From a virus: a DNA stretch of 64,000 bases. Shown here in pieces: positions 42,116 through 51,418 of the stretch; the stretch's first letter is position 1; every line of letters starts with the position of its first letter. Where the stretch lies: positions 46,062 to 110,061 of the IMG/VR virus record IMGVR_UViG_3300030333_002703; one strand, given 5' to 3'. A program made the position numbers and the translations under genes. Below the pieces are notes generated by a model. That model ran no database searches. It saw only the letters and a list, made by a program, of their open reading frames with translations, and was not told the origin of the DNA.

Positions 42116-42578
42116 TGTAATACCCCACTGGTAGCACTGCACATTCAGGGCATGGTCCTGTATATTGTTCAACAAGAACTTCCCCATCATCATCTAACAT
42201 GAACCCATCAGCAATCCATCCTATGTTGTCACATAGGTCACAATCAACATCTTTTCGTTCAATACCCTTTGGTAATCGTTCACCTGTTCGGAAGTTGGGA
42301 TTGCCTGATTCATCGGTAAGGTCTGGATACCTATTTGGATGAAAGTCAATTGGGTTGTTTGGGTGGTTATGGTATCGCATCCTATCTCGGACTGAATCTT
42401 CCTTTGGGAGATTTGGATACGACTGGGCGTGAGGATTGGGTATGGGTAGCCTACACTCATCACACGCGACTGTTTCAGGTGGATTGGGTGGCCCCACACA
42501 TGGCTCATCAGGATGGTATAGACCATCCCACCAGAAGTGGTTCTGTCTTGCCCCACAATGAGGACATTCAATTATCAT
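42108..42578 (-). CDS. Zn-finger protein
   Basis: CPHC, CDEC, CDLC and CPEC pairs. Confidence 0.6.
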   Translation of the reverse strand: MIIECPHCGARQNHFWWDGLYHPDEPCVGPPNPPETVACDECRLPIPNPHAQSYPNLPKEDSVRDRMRYHNHPNNPIDFHPNRYPDLTDESGNPNFRTGERLPKGIERKDVDCDLCDNIGWIADGFMLDDDGEVLVEQYTGPCPECAVLPVGYYNE

Positions 42579-42675
42579 AGATACACCCACACAAGAAACG
42601 CACAAGTTAAGCCCATAAGTGCTCCTGTGATAACACCTTTCATGTATTCCCACTGAATCTCATCTTCATCATATG

Positions 42676-42891
42676 TCACTCGTTCCACTCCTCTTCAATC
42701 TCATCAATCCATTTGAGAATGTGGTCACAATCAATGGCATATTTACGACTATACAACTCATAGTAGTCACGTGCGACCTCACAACTCGTATCTTCACACA
42801 ACATTTCAATGTCGTCTCTCTTGAACTCATCCATACCAGATTGTGAAACCCAACACGCTAGTCGTGTCATATCTCTATAGTGTGACATCAC
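42676..42891 (-). CDS. Hypothetical protein
   Basis: Coupled ORF in the early array. Confidence 0.55.
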   Translation of the reverse strand: MMSHYRDMTRLACWVSQSGMDEFKRDDIEMLCEDTSCEVARDYYELYSRKYAIDCDHILKWIDEIEEEWNE

Positions 42892-43154
42892 TCATCACCT
42901 ACAAAGTCTGTTGTCTCGGTCAAGATGTCAAGTATTGCATTCTTGACCTGCTCGGCTTGTTCTAGTGTCAATCGTACACCACGTTTAGATGGTCGCCCAG
43001 AGTTCGACCATACTCGGATGTCAATTTCGTTTTTGTTGCTATCGTCATGGAACTTGATACGGTCCACCCGTATGCTAAAGTTATCTGACCCTGACCCTTT
43101 CACCGGAATGGTGGCATGGGTGATATTTTCTTGCTCGCTATAATCCTTACTCAT
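42888..43154 (-). CDS. PC4-like ssDNA-binding/transcription cofactor
   Basis: IDIRVW...PSKRGVRLTLEQ is the PC4/YdbC signature. Confidence 0.8.
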   Translation of the reverse strand: MSKDYSEQENITHATIPVKGSGSDNFSIRVDRIKFHDDSNKNEIDIRVWSNSGRPSKRGVRLTLEQAEQVKNAILDILTETTDFVGDE

Positions 43155-43425
43155 TGTTTTTAGCCTCCTTTTCTTTGCGCTTCTTCAGCGTATTGGCGTT
43201 AGCGAAGCCGTCTCGACCTTGTGTATATCGGCTCATATCCGAGATACCGGGTGGTGCAGGTGGCTCCTCGACCTTCCCCCATTGTGGGCATACTTCTGCC
43301 CACTGTTGTCCTGCTTTGTATGATGTGTTGCCGACACGGTGACGGTTGCCTAGGTCTGCTGATTTCCAGACCCAACCGTACCCACCGGGGCATTGGTCAC
43401 AACATAGTGTTTCTTTATTTTCCAT
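43147..43425 (-). CDS. Hypothetical protein
   Basis: 92 aa, GGAGG SD, CDQC...C. Confidence 0.55.
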   Translation of the reverse strand: MENKETLCCDQCPGGYGWVWKSADLGNRHRVGNTSYKAGQQWAEVCPQWGKVEEPPAPPGISDMSRYTQGRDGFANANTLKKRKEKEAKNNE

Positions 43426-43427
43426 AT

Positions 43428-43619
43428 TTATTCCTCCGCTTCTACTCTTTCTTTTGTACCTAGTTTGTACACATATGTTGGTCTATCTATGACCCGCATA
43501 TAGCCACAATGGATTACCTGCCCATTGATGTAAATGTTGTGTGAATGAGAAGATGTTCTTTTCTTCATCCCACATCCAGAACATTGCCTAAGCGCCATCC
43601 GGTCTGCACTACGTGACAT
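43428..43619 (-). CDS. Small Zn-finger protein
   Basis: CSGC...H...HCG, TAATG coupling. Confidence 0.5.
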   Translation of the reverse strand: MSRSADRMALRQCSGCGMKKRTSSHSHNIYINGQVIHCGYMRVIDRPTYVYKLGTKERVEAEE

Positions 43620-44014
43620 TACGAACCCCACTCCTTGAGTGACCGCTGACGGTTCACATCATCGTAGATTTCGTCAATGATTGCTTGTGCTTCGGACTGG
43701 AACGCACCTCCTAGATTCATTATGCTTGATGTACTGATTGGCTTTGATTTAACCACATCATGTATCTCATCCTCCGTGATGAGTCCATCTTCAATGGCCT
43801 CGGCGGGTGTTCGGGTCACTGCCGCCGTGCTTTTTCTCAACACTAGTGTGTCACCATCGAATGCGTCGATGCAATCCTGACAGATGGGTAACGACAATGC
43901 AAACTTGAAGTCTGGGTCTTTGGGCCAATTGGGGTCAGATGGTGCGCCGCACCAATTCACTGATGCAGTGTGTGGCCCCTTGGTGATGTGTATGACCTTT
44001 GGTAAGTCCGACAC
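43619..44014 (-). CDS. Hypothetical protein with SIMNLGG and a C-terminal PIP-like motif
   Basis: H...WCG...CQDC zinc motif, ends RQRSLKEWGS. Confidence 0.6.
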   Translation of the reverse strand: MSDLPKVIHITKGPHTASVNWCGAPSDPNWPKDPDFKFALSLPICQDCIDAFDGDTLVLRKSTAAVTRTPAEAIEDGLITEDEIHDVVKSKPISTSSIMNLGGAFQSEAQAIIDEIYDDVNRQRSLKEWGS

Positions 44015-44239
44015 TCATTCACCCGGCCTGTGCTTCTCACGCTTGCTTAGCATATTCTCCAACACCTTGAGTATGTTCGCACTCGCTGTCTTGAATCGCT
44101 TCTCGGCGTGTTCACAATCGAACACCCCCAAGTTACGTGCAAGGTCGTCTAGACCTTCAAACTTCATGTATCCATTCTCACCGTTGATGAGATAGTTTAG
44201 TATCTCCCACTCGGCGTGTCCTACTGATTTTGCTTTCAT
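44015..44239 (-). CDS. Hypothetical protein
   Basis: 74 aa, GGAGG SD. Confidence 0.55.
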   Translation of the reverse strand: MKAKSVGHAEWEILNYLINGENGYMKFEGLDDLARNLGVFDCEHAEKRFKTASANILKVLENMLSKREKHRPGE

Positions 44240-44241
44240 GT

Positions 44242-44331
44242 TTATGCCTCCTTATATTCCCAGAACTCCCAGATGGGTTCTCCGGTTTCCTCGTCAATGG
44301 GGCCGCGTAGATGGCTGAATAGTTTAGCCAT
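44242..44331 (-). CDS. 29-aa microprotein
   Basis: MAKLFSHLRGPIDEETGEPIWEFWEYKEA exactly fills the gap. Confidence 0.4.
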   Translation of the reverse strand: MAKLFSHLRGPIDEETGEPIWEFWEYKEA

Positions 44332-45391
44332 CTAGCAGCACCCCACGTAATTGATTGAGTGTAGTTTCACCGTCACAGTATGCGACGATTGCTGCTTCAA
44401 TTTCATTGAGTCGCGCCATCAAGTCATCACGGTCTTTTTCAGCCCGTTTAACTCGCTCGTGTGCTTCCTCTATACCACTTTCGCGGGCTGCGGGTATGTA
44501 CTGGACTCCATCAATCCACACACCTTCAGTTTCAGGCCACAACGTCTTGTATTCAGGTTCCGGTGTTGGTTCTTCCATCAATTCATCCACTGCTTCTACA
44601 ATGTCTGGTTCATCAAGACCGACCACAACCTCATTTGTGAATGTTGGTGGTTCCTCCGATGTCAGAATGGTAAGTTCACCCTTGTGTTTGAGGTCTTGCA
44701 GACGCTTGATGAAATCACCTGATGTTTCATCATCCTCTCTCTCAATCCCCAACTCTTTGGCTGTCGCTCTAAGCGCTGTGCGCTCTTTATGTTGAGCGAT
44801 TCTGGAACGTCGGAATTGCATTTGTGGTTGTGCCTGATTCCGTTCTTTACCTTTCTCTACCTCTTGTTCCCATTTGATGTCTGACTTCTCTACATGAACT
44901 GCATCATCCGGTGCATGATTCTTACAGTACCACTTACCATCTTCAGTTCGATGTGAGATGTATAGAGTGGATGCGTCATTATGACCAACCTTACATCGCT
45001 CACCATTTTTTGTAGTACCATGACATTGACCACGGCTCTCAAGCCGTCGCATAGACACAAGTTGTGTTTGCCAGTATCCTGAATTGTTCACCAATGCAAA
45101 ATTGGTTGGCTTACCAGTCGTCACCACTTGTAGTGCGCCGTGTCCAAGTAGAAGTTGAATGGCCTTGCGTACTTGGTCGTAACCAACATCAATGCCATCT
45201 GCCATCTGCTGTTGTGTAGCACAGTGGGCTTTGAAGCCCAGTTGTGGCACATGGACAAATGGTCGTTTGTCGAACATGAATCTGAAAATCTGTTCAGCGC
45301 GTCTATGTGTCATACCTTTACACTTATCCATTTCTTCTTCAGTGAGTGGTCGATAGATACTGTCTTTCCCATCCGTCGGACCCTTACTCAT
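44324..45391 (-). CDS. Winged-HTH plus Zn-finger protein
   Basis: TQQQMADGIDVGYDQVRKAIQLLLGHGAL HTH, CHGTTKNGERC...YCKNH Zn finger. Confidence 0.65.
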   Translation of the reverse strand: MSKGPTDGKDSIYRPLTEEEMDKCKGMTHRRAEQIFRFMFDKRPFVHVPQLGFKAHCATQQQMADGIDVGYDQVRKAIQLLLGHGALQVVTTGKPTNFALVNNSGYWQTQLVSMRRLESRGQCHGTTKNGERCKVGHNDASTLYISHRTEDGKWYCKNHAPDDAVHVEKSDIKWEQEVEKGKERNQAQPQMQFRRSRIAQHKERTALRATAKELGIEREDDETSGDFIKRLQDLKHKGELTILTSEEPPTFTNEVVVGLDEPDIVEAVDELMEEPTPEPEYKTLWPETEGVWIDGVQYIPAARESGIEEAHERVKRAEKDRDDLMARLNEIEAAIVAYCDGETTLNQLRGVLLDG

Positions 45392-45395
45392 AGTA

Positions 45396-45899
45396 TCACA
45401 CCCGTCGCTGTTCTAGTGCAACAATAGCGGCTCGCATTTGATTACCGCTAATTTCACCATCCATGTATGACTCAATGGCTGATACAAGATAGAAGATTTC
45501 TTCTTCCAGCATCATAACGCGCTCTGCCAACTTCGCTGGGAACCCCGCGAACATCGTTGTTGATGTCGCCTTGCTGAAGTCACTGTTGGGGAATACCTGT
45601 GTGGTTAATTCACCAATAGATTGTTCTTCATGGGGTTCCACTGGTTCATCCGTTGGGAATGGGAAAACAGGGAACAGACGTGCGCCACGTCTATTGCCAG
45701 CCTTCTCTACCAGTCCGTCTTCGATGAGACATCTCTCGGCAGTTTCACGGTATCCGTTTGGAACACCGAGGGCTTCGTTGTAAAAGCCCAATCGCTCACC
45801 GGGTGTCTCTCTAACGATGTTTAGAAGTTTCATAGCGCGCTGTCGCACTGCCTTCCGTCGTCGTCGTCCATTTGCATTTTTAGTTCTTACTTCGTGCAT
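45396..45899 (-). CDS. Winged-HTH protein sharing a C-terminal domain with its neighbour
   Basis: IVRETPG...LIEDGLVEKAGNRRGARLF. SD AGGAG before ATG 45899. Confidence 0.6.
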   Translation of the reverse strand: MHEVRTKNANGRRRRKAVRQRAMKLLNIVRETPGERLGFYNEALGVPNGYRETAERCLIEDGLVEKAGNRRGARLFPVFPFPTDEPVEPHEEQSIGELTTQVFPNSDFSKATSTTMFAGFPAKLAERVMMLEEEIFYLVSAIESYMDGEISGNQMRAAIVALEQRRV

Positions 45900-45941
45900 T
45901 TTTATCTCTCCTTTATTTTGTTTGTATCCGTTAGGAATTGG

Positions 45942-45997
45942 TGGGGGGTAGGGTGCGTTGCTTGGGATGCATGACGGTAGTAAATCCCTACCCCCCA
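45942..45997. other. Intergenic stem-loop
   Basis: TGGGGGGTAGGG / CCCTACCCCCCA perfect 12-bp stem. Confidence 0.7.
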
Positions 45998-46005
45998 TGA
46001 ATTGC

Positions 46006-47661
46006 TCATATATTCAAGACCTCACTGGCCTTTGGAATGCTGTTGAGCGCAGACATCCCTTCTTCGTTCACGAATGCCTTCAGGTCATTCAAGTCTGTGG
46101 TTCCAATCTTATCCACACCAGATGATTCTTTGTAATCTCCCACGGTCTGGTATAGTACACCAGTCATGACATTGTGGACTGTGGATAGACGACGGTTGAG
46201 TGTTTCCAACCCAATCGTGCGACCCTTCAAGACAGTCTTGCCATCAGACCATTCTGGCTTGTGTGTGATTGCACCGTTCAATACATTGTAAGCATGGAAC
46301 AGTGTGTTACTCTGGTCACGGTTCACTGCAACCCAATCATTGCTGGGCTTTGTCCAACCATCAAGAGCAAGTCGCCACATATACCCACCAGTCAATTTTT
46401 CACTAACAACCTTGTCATTCTTGATGACCGGCTTCTTGTTGGGCCATCCAATGAGGCCACGTGTCTCACACAGTGTGAGTAGTCGTTCAAACAATTGAAC
46501 ATCCACTGGAAGGTGTTGCATGAACTCCATCTCGACAAGTGAACGCTGTGCATCTACAATCACTGAATTGATGTCACTAGCAAATGCATCCCAATCACGG
46601 TCTTTCATAGCACCCTGCTTGTGTCGAATAGATGCAATGGTTCTGACACCACCCATCACTGCCAAGTTTTGACAGTACACACGTTCTGCTACGGCTTGGA
46701 CAGACAGTGCTTTTGTGCCATCCAGTGAGTTGTTGATGCTGAATCCATATCGGTATAGACCGTCAAGTGATTTGGCGGTATCATTCATCAGATTAAGACT
46801 GATAAATCCGTGACCATTTTCACTCAATCGTTGTCGTGCTTTTTCCCGAGTCTGGGCTGCTTGTGATACATCACAGTCAAGACGCATCTTTGCACCTTCG
46901 TTGTGTGCATAGACACGTGCCTTCCAATCATTCTTAGATGCCATATCCAAGATGGGGTCACACACTGTGGGATATGATAGGGGGAAGTAATCCTTACCGA
47001 CCACACCAAGACACGCACCTTCAGGTCTATCTGATGATGCATATGATGGGTTGAAGATTGCGAAGTGCTTTGCGTTGCCTTTAGCATCAGTCACTGGTGA
47101 GAACGTAGGAGCCATCTCCTCCGATTCTTGATGTGCTGTGAACACCGGCTTCATCACTGGGGTGAATCGCCAATCGTGAGCAATCAAACCTTCACGACCA
47201 CCGGCTAGGATACTGCCATCCCATACCTCATCACTAACTTCCACTGCACCAGCAGTAGTAGGGACTTCATCATCCCAATCTTCATCTCCACCATCATTGT
47301 TCGGTGAGCCACCTAAATCCATGATGCTTGCTTTCTTTGCTTTCTGCATTGCTTTGATGTTGGCTGATGCCACACCCTGTTCTAATGCATCTACCAATTC
47401 GATGTGTTCCGGCTCTACTACGAGCGGTGCTTTGTTGCCACCGAAATGGGCTGATGGGTGATAATCTCCATGCTTCAGGGATGCACTCTCAACAAGGAAT
47501 GCAGATTGCCCATCACTTGTTTTGTGCTGTTGGGCAATTGCTCCTTTTGGAATCCATACTGACCGAGGACCACTGACCGCTTCATAACGAACTTTCGTTT
47601 GTTTGTCGTTGGTTTCCTCAACATGACCGATAACCACAATTTTGGTATTTTCATTTGTCAT
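46006..47661 (-). CDS. DUF932-family protein with N-terminal extension
   Basis: LGVVGKDY, NSLDGT..L...RVYCQN, IRH, TLFHAYN...ITH. Confidence 0.7.
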   Translation of the reverse strand: MTNENTKIVVIGHVEETNDKQTKVRYEAVSGPRSVWIPKGAIAQQHKTSDGQSAFLVESASLKHGDYHPSAHFGGNKAPLVVEPEHIELVDALEQGVASANIKAMQKAKKASIMDLGGSPNNDGGDEDWDDEVPTTAGAVEVSDEVWDGSILAGGREGLIAHDWRFTPVMKPVFTAHQESEEMAPTFSPVTDAKGNAKHFAIFNPSYASSDRPEGACLGVVGKDYFPLSYPTVCDPILDMASKNDWKARVYAHNEGAKMRLDCDVSQAAQTREKARQRLSENGHGFISLNLMNDTAKSLDGLYRYGFSINNSLDGTKALSVQAVAERVYCQNLAVMGGVRTIASIRHKQGAMKDRDWDAFASDINSVIVDAQRSLVEMEFMQHLPVDVQLFERLLTLCETRGLIGWPNKKPVIKNDKVVSEKLTGGYMWRLALDGWTKPSNDWVAVNRDQSNTLFHAYNVLNGAITHKPEWSDGKTVLKGRTIGLETLNRRLSTVHNVMTGVLYQTVGDYKESSGVDKIGTTDLNDLKAFVNEEGMSALNSIPKASEVLNI

Positions 47662-47672
47662 AATGCCATACT

Positions 47673-47704
47673 CCACCAATGGTGGAATGGGAGGAGGATA
47701 TAAA
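47673..47704 (-). promoter_or_regulatory. Conserved viral promoter, copy 3
   Basis: CCACCAATGGTGG-AATGGGA-GGAGGATATAAA. Confidence 0.85.
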
Positions 47705-47733
47705 GGGCGGCCAACATTTTGGTGGTTTAACCG

Positions 47734-48465
47734 TCATTCTTCTTCATCATTGGTGTATTCGGAACGCACACAGTATGTTCCTTGCATATGAGGAGGAACA
47801 TCTACTGGTCCTAATGTACTACCCAGTGCCACACCTTTTCCTCCAGAATCAATCAAAGCAGTACACTCTTCTCTAGGAAGAACGCGGTACTGAATCGTAG
47901 TATTGGGTACTCTCCATGTATAGAACAGGTCCTCACCTGCTATGTATCCGTAATCTAGAGGGTTCATAGGTATAGTTTGACTACATTTGTGACAACATAC
48001 CTCGGCAACCCATCGGTCGGATTCACCTACCTCGCCCGATTCAGGGTCAGTAAAACTATGTAGGCCTAGATTTAACCATGTAGTTTGTTCAAGTGGCATA
48101 TTGACTAGAGGTTCAGCGCAATCTTCGTCAGGGCAAACCCATGACGATACTATCTCTTGTATCCGTTGTAGTTCTGCTTCCTGATTGGCTGCTATGTCTT
48201 CTGGTGTAGGTTGATTGACAATACGTTCGACACTATCATCATCCATAGTCCATCCCATGTGTTCGGTCAGGACTTTACTCACGCGAGCGTGGGCCTCCGC
48301 CACACCCTCGTGATTCACCATAGTAACAAGGCGAATTGCCTTGTCACCTGTTTTTTCATATTCTAGGCCATGAGGCGACCATACGCCCCCAACCTTGAGT
48401 GGCTCAAGATTTGTACGAGTCCACTCGATTTCATCGTCTGCTGGTTCCCAGTCTGTTTCATTCAC
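47734..48465 (-). CDS. Hypothetical Zn-finger protein
   Basis: 243 aa, CPDEDC...CHKC. Confidence 0.6.
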   Translation of the reverse strand: MNETDWEPADDEIEWTRTNLEPLKVGGVWSPHGLEYEKTGDKAIRLVTMVNHEGVAEAHARVSKVLTEHMGWTMDDDSVERIVNQPTPEDIAANQEAELQRIQEIVSSWVCPDEDCAEPLVNMPLEQTTWLNLGLHSFTDPESGEVGESDRWVAEVCCHKCSQTIPMNPLDYGYIAGEDLFYTWRVPNTTIQYRVLPREECTALIDSGGKGVALGSTLGPVDVPPHMQGTYCVRSEYTNDEEE

Positions 48466-48812
48466 GCTGCTCCCTCGGAGAACGAGTCGGACATATCAGC
48501 CCATACCCATTCATCCGTCACGGAACACGGATAGACAATAAACGTGCCGACGGCAAAGACAGGTCTCATACCGTCAATAGATGACCCACAACAAGGGCAT
48601 ACATCCCAGACTTCAATGGCCTTCCGTATGGCAATCACTTGTAGTGATTCATCATCATTGGGTGGCGGGGGCCGGAGTTCGACACCCAGCATAGAATGTC
48701 GAACCCCGTCGAACCCCCAGTTCCCGTCATCATCCACGTCTGATGGGGTGACAGACCAGTTGAATCTGGCCCCATCGGATGACTTGTGCTTACCCATCCC
48801 CATCACTTCCAC
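48462..48812 (-). CDS. Hypothetical Zn-finger protein
   Basis: CPCCG...PC, ATGA-coupled. Confidence 0.5.
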   Translation of the reverse strand: MEVMGMGKHKSSDGARFNWSVTPSDVDDDGNWGFDGVRHSMLGVELRPPPPNDDESLQVIAIRKAIEVWDVCPCCGSSIDGMRPVFAVGTFIVYPCSVTDEWVWADMSDSFSEGAA

Positions 48813-48981
48813 CTCACCGGAGGGGTCGTGCGCTTATGGGCCTCACTCTTCACCGTCACTCATTGACGATGTTGAGTTGAGGGCTTCCTTGATGGCGTTA
48901 ATCTCGTAACCGAGATTGATTTGCACTTCATCAATTGCGTCGTTCATTTCGTTTCGTGCATCTTGCACGGCTTGCTTCAGT

Positions 48982-49617
48982 TCATTCAGTTGTTGTTGCA
49001 TTTTCAATCACTTCCTGTTCCACTAGGTATTGGTCAACTATATCCTGCATGATTCTTACATCTGCGGTTGCGACCATATGTGGAATTGCTTTCATCTGGA
49101 TGAGTGTATCACCCTTCTGATTCTTCACTGTCATTTGACGGAACTCACCAAGTATCCTTTCAAGTTCTTCGGGATGCTTTGCGTGTTCATCTATCCAGTG
49201 TTGGTATGTTGCCTTGTCATTTGAAAGACGCAGTATGTTTGCTTCGCTCATTGCTTCTGCAATCTCCCGCATCACTGCTTGGGTGATTCGACCACCCAGC
49301 ATACCTGCTATCTTATCCAACAAGATTGCCACCTTCAAAGTCGGTGGGACTCGTTGGGGATTGGATTGTTCATAGTCAGGATACCTGACATATCCATCCC
49401 CCTTTGTTTTGCCACCACTGTGTGGTATTGGCTTGAGTAGGATTGTTGCACCAGTGTCCATATCCACAACCATGAGTCGTGGGCTGGCGCGTGTTTCTAT
49501 TGTAGTATCTGATGATTCATATTCTGTATTCATCAGGGCATCACCCAGTGCGCGTAGTGTCTTACCCGCGCCGGGTGTCCAGTTCATCTGTTTTGCTTGT
49601 TCACATTCTAAAGTCAT
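48982..49617 (-). CDS. Hypothetical protein
   Basis: 211-aa coupled ORF. Confidence 0.6.
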   Translation of the reverse strand: MTLECEQAKQMNWTPGAGKTLRALGDALMNTEYESSDTTIETRASPRLMVVDMDTGATILLKPIPHSGGKTKGDGYVRYPDYEQSNPQRVPPTLKVAILLDKIAGMLGGRITQAVMREIAEAMSEANILRLSNDKATYQHWIDEHAKHPEELERILGEFRQMTVKNQKGDTLIQMKAIPHMVATADVRIMQDIVDQYLVEQEVIENATTTE

Positions 49618-50162
49618 TGTATCAAATCCATTATGCTTAGTGGTTTCTTAGGTGCTTGCCACTTATCCATATCGAACCAACCGGGTCGTAGAGTATGTTT
49701 CCACTCGACTGGCATGATTGTGGCTTTGTAGTGGTAGTAGTCACGATATGCTTTGACAGCATCATCGTTTTTGTACTCGTCAGGCATGGCTTGTGCGAAT
49801 GGTGTCAACTCACCATCAGGTATCATATCAGCCATATCATTCATCTGTATGATACCAGTTTCACAGAAGTGTCTTTTGCCATACCGTTTGTTGAAATGTA
49901 GGCATAGACCAATAGCATGGTCAGCGGCCCATTGGAAATTGGCACGACTGTCACCAACCCATCGGGTGCATGGGTGGTTAGGGTAGCCACCTTTGAGTGG
50001 CGTACCTTTCTGTGTTAATGGCATCTGTTCATCAGTTGCCCCATGACGACGTAACGCCGAACCCAGTTGTTGTAGTAACTCTACACACATCTTGGGTAGG
50101 TGTTTGTCGCAGTGCATTTGCGCGGCCCATAGTGGGCGTTCATCTAAGATAAATATGTTCAT
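49614..50162 (-). CDS. Pyrimidine-dimer DNA glycosylase (DenV-like) family protein
   Basis: MNIFILD...HCDKH..KM..E..Q.L, HPCTRW, TPFAQAMPDEYK..DAVKAYRDYY. Confidence 0.75.
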   Translation of the reverse strand: MNIFILDERPLWAAQMHCDKHLPKMCVELLQQLGSALRRHGATDEQMPLTQKGTPLKGGYPNHPCTRWVGDSRANFQWAADHAIGLCLHFNKRYGKRHFCETGIIQMNDMADMIPDGELTPFAQAMPDEYKNDDAVKAYRDYYHYKATIMPVEWKHTLRPGWFDMDKWQAPKKPLSIMDLIQ

Positions 50163-50181
50163 TGTATCACCGTATAAATTG

Positions 50182-50368
50182 CGAGGACTGGGAGGTAGAG
50201 TGGAGAGAAATGACTAACTCCATGCCGGACTCCCAGCCCTCGACTTTTTCCACACCACATGGAAACGCTCCGGCTGACGAAATTGATTGGTGAGAGGCCA
50301 AGGGCTATTGTATTGTTGCCGAGAAGAAAACAGGTGTTGGTCACACCGCCCCTGCCCTTGGCCCCTCA
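50182..50368 (-). ncRNA. Structured intergenic RNA candidate
   Basis: 13-bp and 15-bp stems whose single mismatches become G-U pairs only on the minus strand. Confidence 0.55.
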
Positions 50369-50374
50369 TGAGTA

Positions 50375-51415
50375 TCACTCCAAATCCATAATGGATTTTG
50401 TATCTGTTTCTGGTTCAGGCAACCAAGGGAACCGTCGTGAACCGTAGTCCAAATACTCGACTCCTTCTTTGTATTGCTCGGTCATCTTTGCTATGACTTC
50501 TCGTTGTTCTTCAATGGTGGTCACGAACTCATCATACCACGTTGCTAGGTCTGTCAACTCATCATCCGTTATGCGTAGGTCGTTCATTGTATTCCAATAC
50601 AATCCAAGAGATTTCAAAACCACGGTCTTATCTTCATCGCTTAGTTTGCATGAGTCTGTCCATTCGATACGAATGTCACCAAGTCCGATACCATCACCTA
50701 CTGCGTATGGGTTACAGTCAATCCATTCAATGACATTGTGGTAGTTGTACACTGCTTGTGGGAAGTTCTTGGTTACACGACCACCGGCCTTGAGTAGTAG
50801 ATATGCTTTGATGTCATTCATGCTTCTCTTGGTATCCACCATAGTATTCGCTGGGTTTGGTTGGAACAAAGACTTTTCAAAGTTCATAACTCTGGTGCGT
50901 CGTTGTTGTTCCAATTGTTCCTCAACAGCAAACGGAGATACCTTACCTGCATCCATGTAGATTTTATCCAATCCGAACTCACCATACTTCAAAGCGAAAC
51001 TATTTTGTCTGTAACCTTCGACAGAACGTCTGATTACTTCCGGTAGTTTGTATGTACCAGCAAGGTATGCATCCCACTGTGCTTGTGGGTCATCCCACAA
51101 CAAGTTGTTATGCATCAGTTGATTGACAAAGTTGTATCGTCGTCTACCCATTATATCGTGTAACTCATCTGCACATTTCTTGCATAGACAACTGTTGCCC
51201 CACTTGACGGATACCTTGCTTGAGCATTGGTTCCCCCCATAATTACTGTATCGTCTACGTGTACGAATTGCTAGACATCTCTTGTCGGCGGATAATTTCT
51301 CCACCGTGTCTTGCTTGTACACTTGCTTTCCTGTATCATCCGTCTCCCAACGCTGGTTAGTCTGTTGGGTGATTGGTTGGCTGCTGTCTCTTGTTGTAAA
51401 TCCTGTCATTGGCAT
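50375..51415 (-). CDS. Hypothetical protein ending in KSIMDLE
   Basis: 346 aa with an N-terminal Cys cluster, preceded by a conserved promoter. Confidence 0.65.
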   Translation of the reverse strand: MPMTGFTTRDSSQPITQQTNQRWETDDTGKQVYKQDTVEKLSADKRCLAIRTRRRYSNYGGNQCSSKVSVKWGNSCLCKKCADELHDIMGRRRYNFVNQLMHNNLLWDDPQAQWDAYLAGTYKLPEVIRRSVEGYRQNSFALKYGEFGLDKIYMDAGKVSPFAVEEQLEQQRRTRVMNFEKSLFQPNPANTMVDTKRSMNDIKAYLLLKAGGRVTKNFPQAVYNYHNVIEWIDCNPYAVGDGIGLGDIRIEWTDSCKLSDEDKTVVLKSLGLYWNTMNDLRITDDELTDLATWYDEFVTTIEEQREVIAKMTEQYKEGVEYLDYGSRRFPWLPEPETDTKSIMDLE

Positions 51416-51418
51416 TTA

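Noticed and set aside
50205-50282. Hammerhead ribozyme suggested by CTGACGA and GAAA on the + strand
   Set aside because: Stem II cannot be formed, the cleavage triplet would be AUG, and G-U evidence favours the minus strand.
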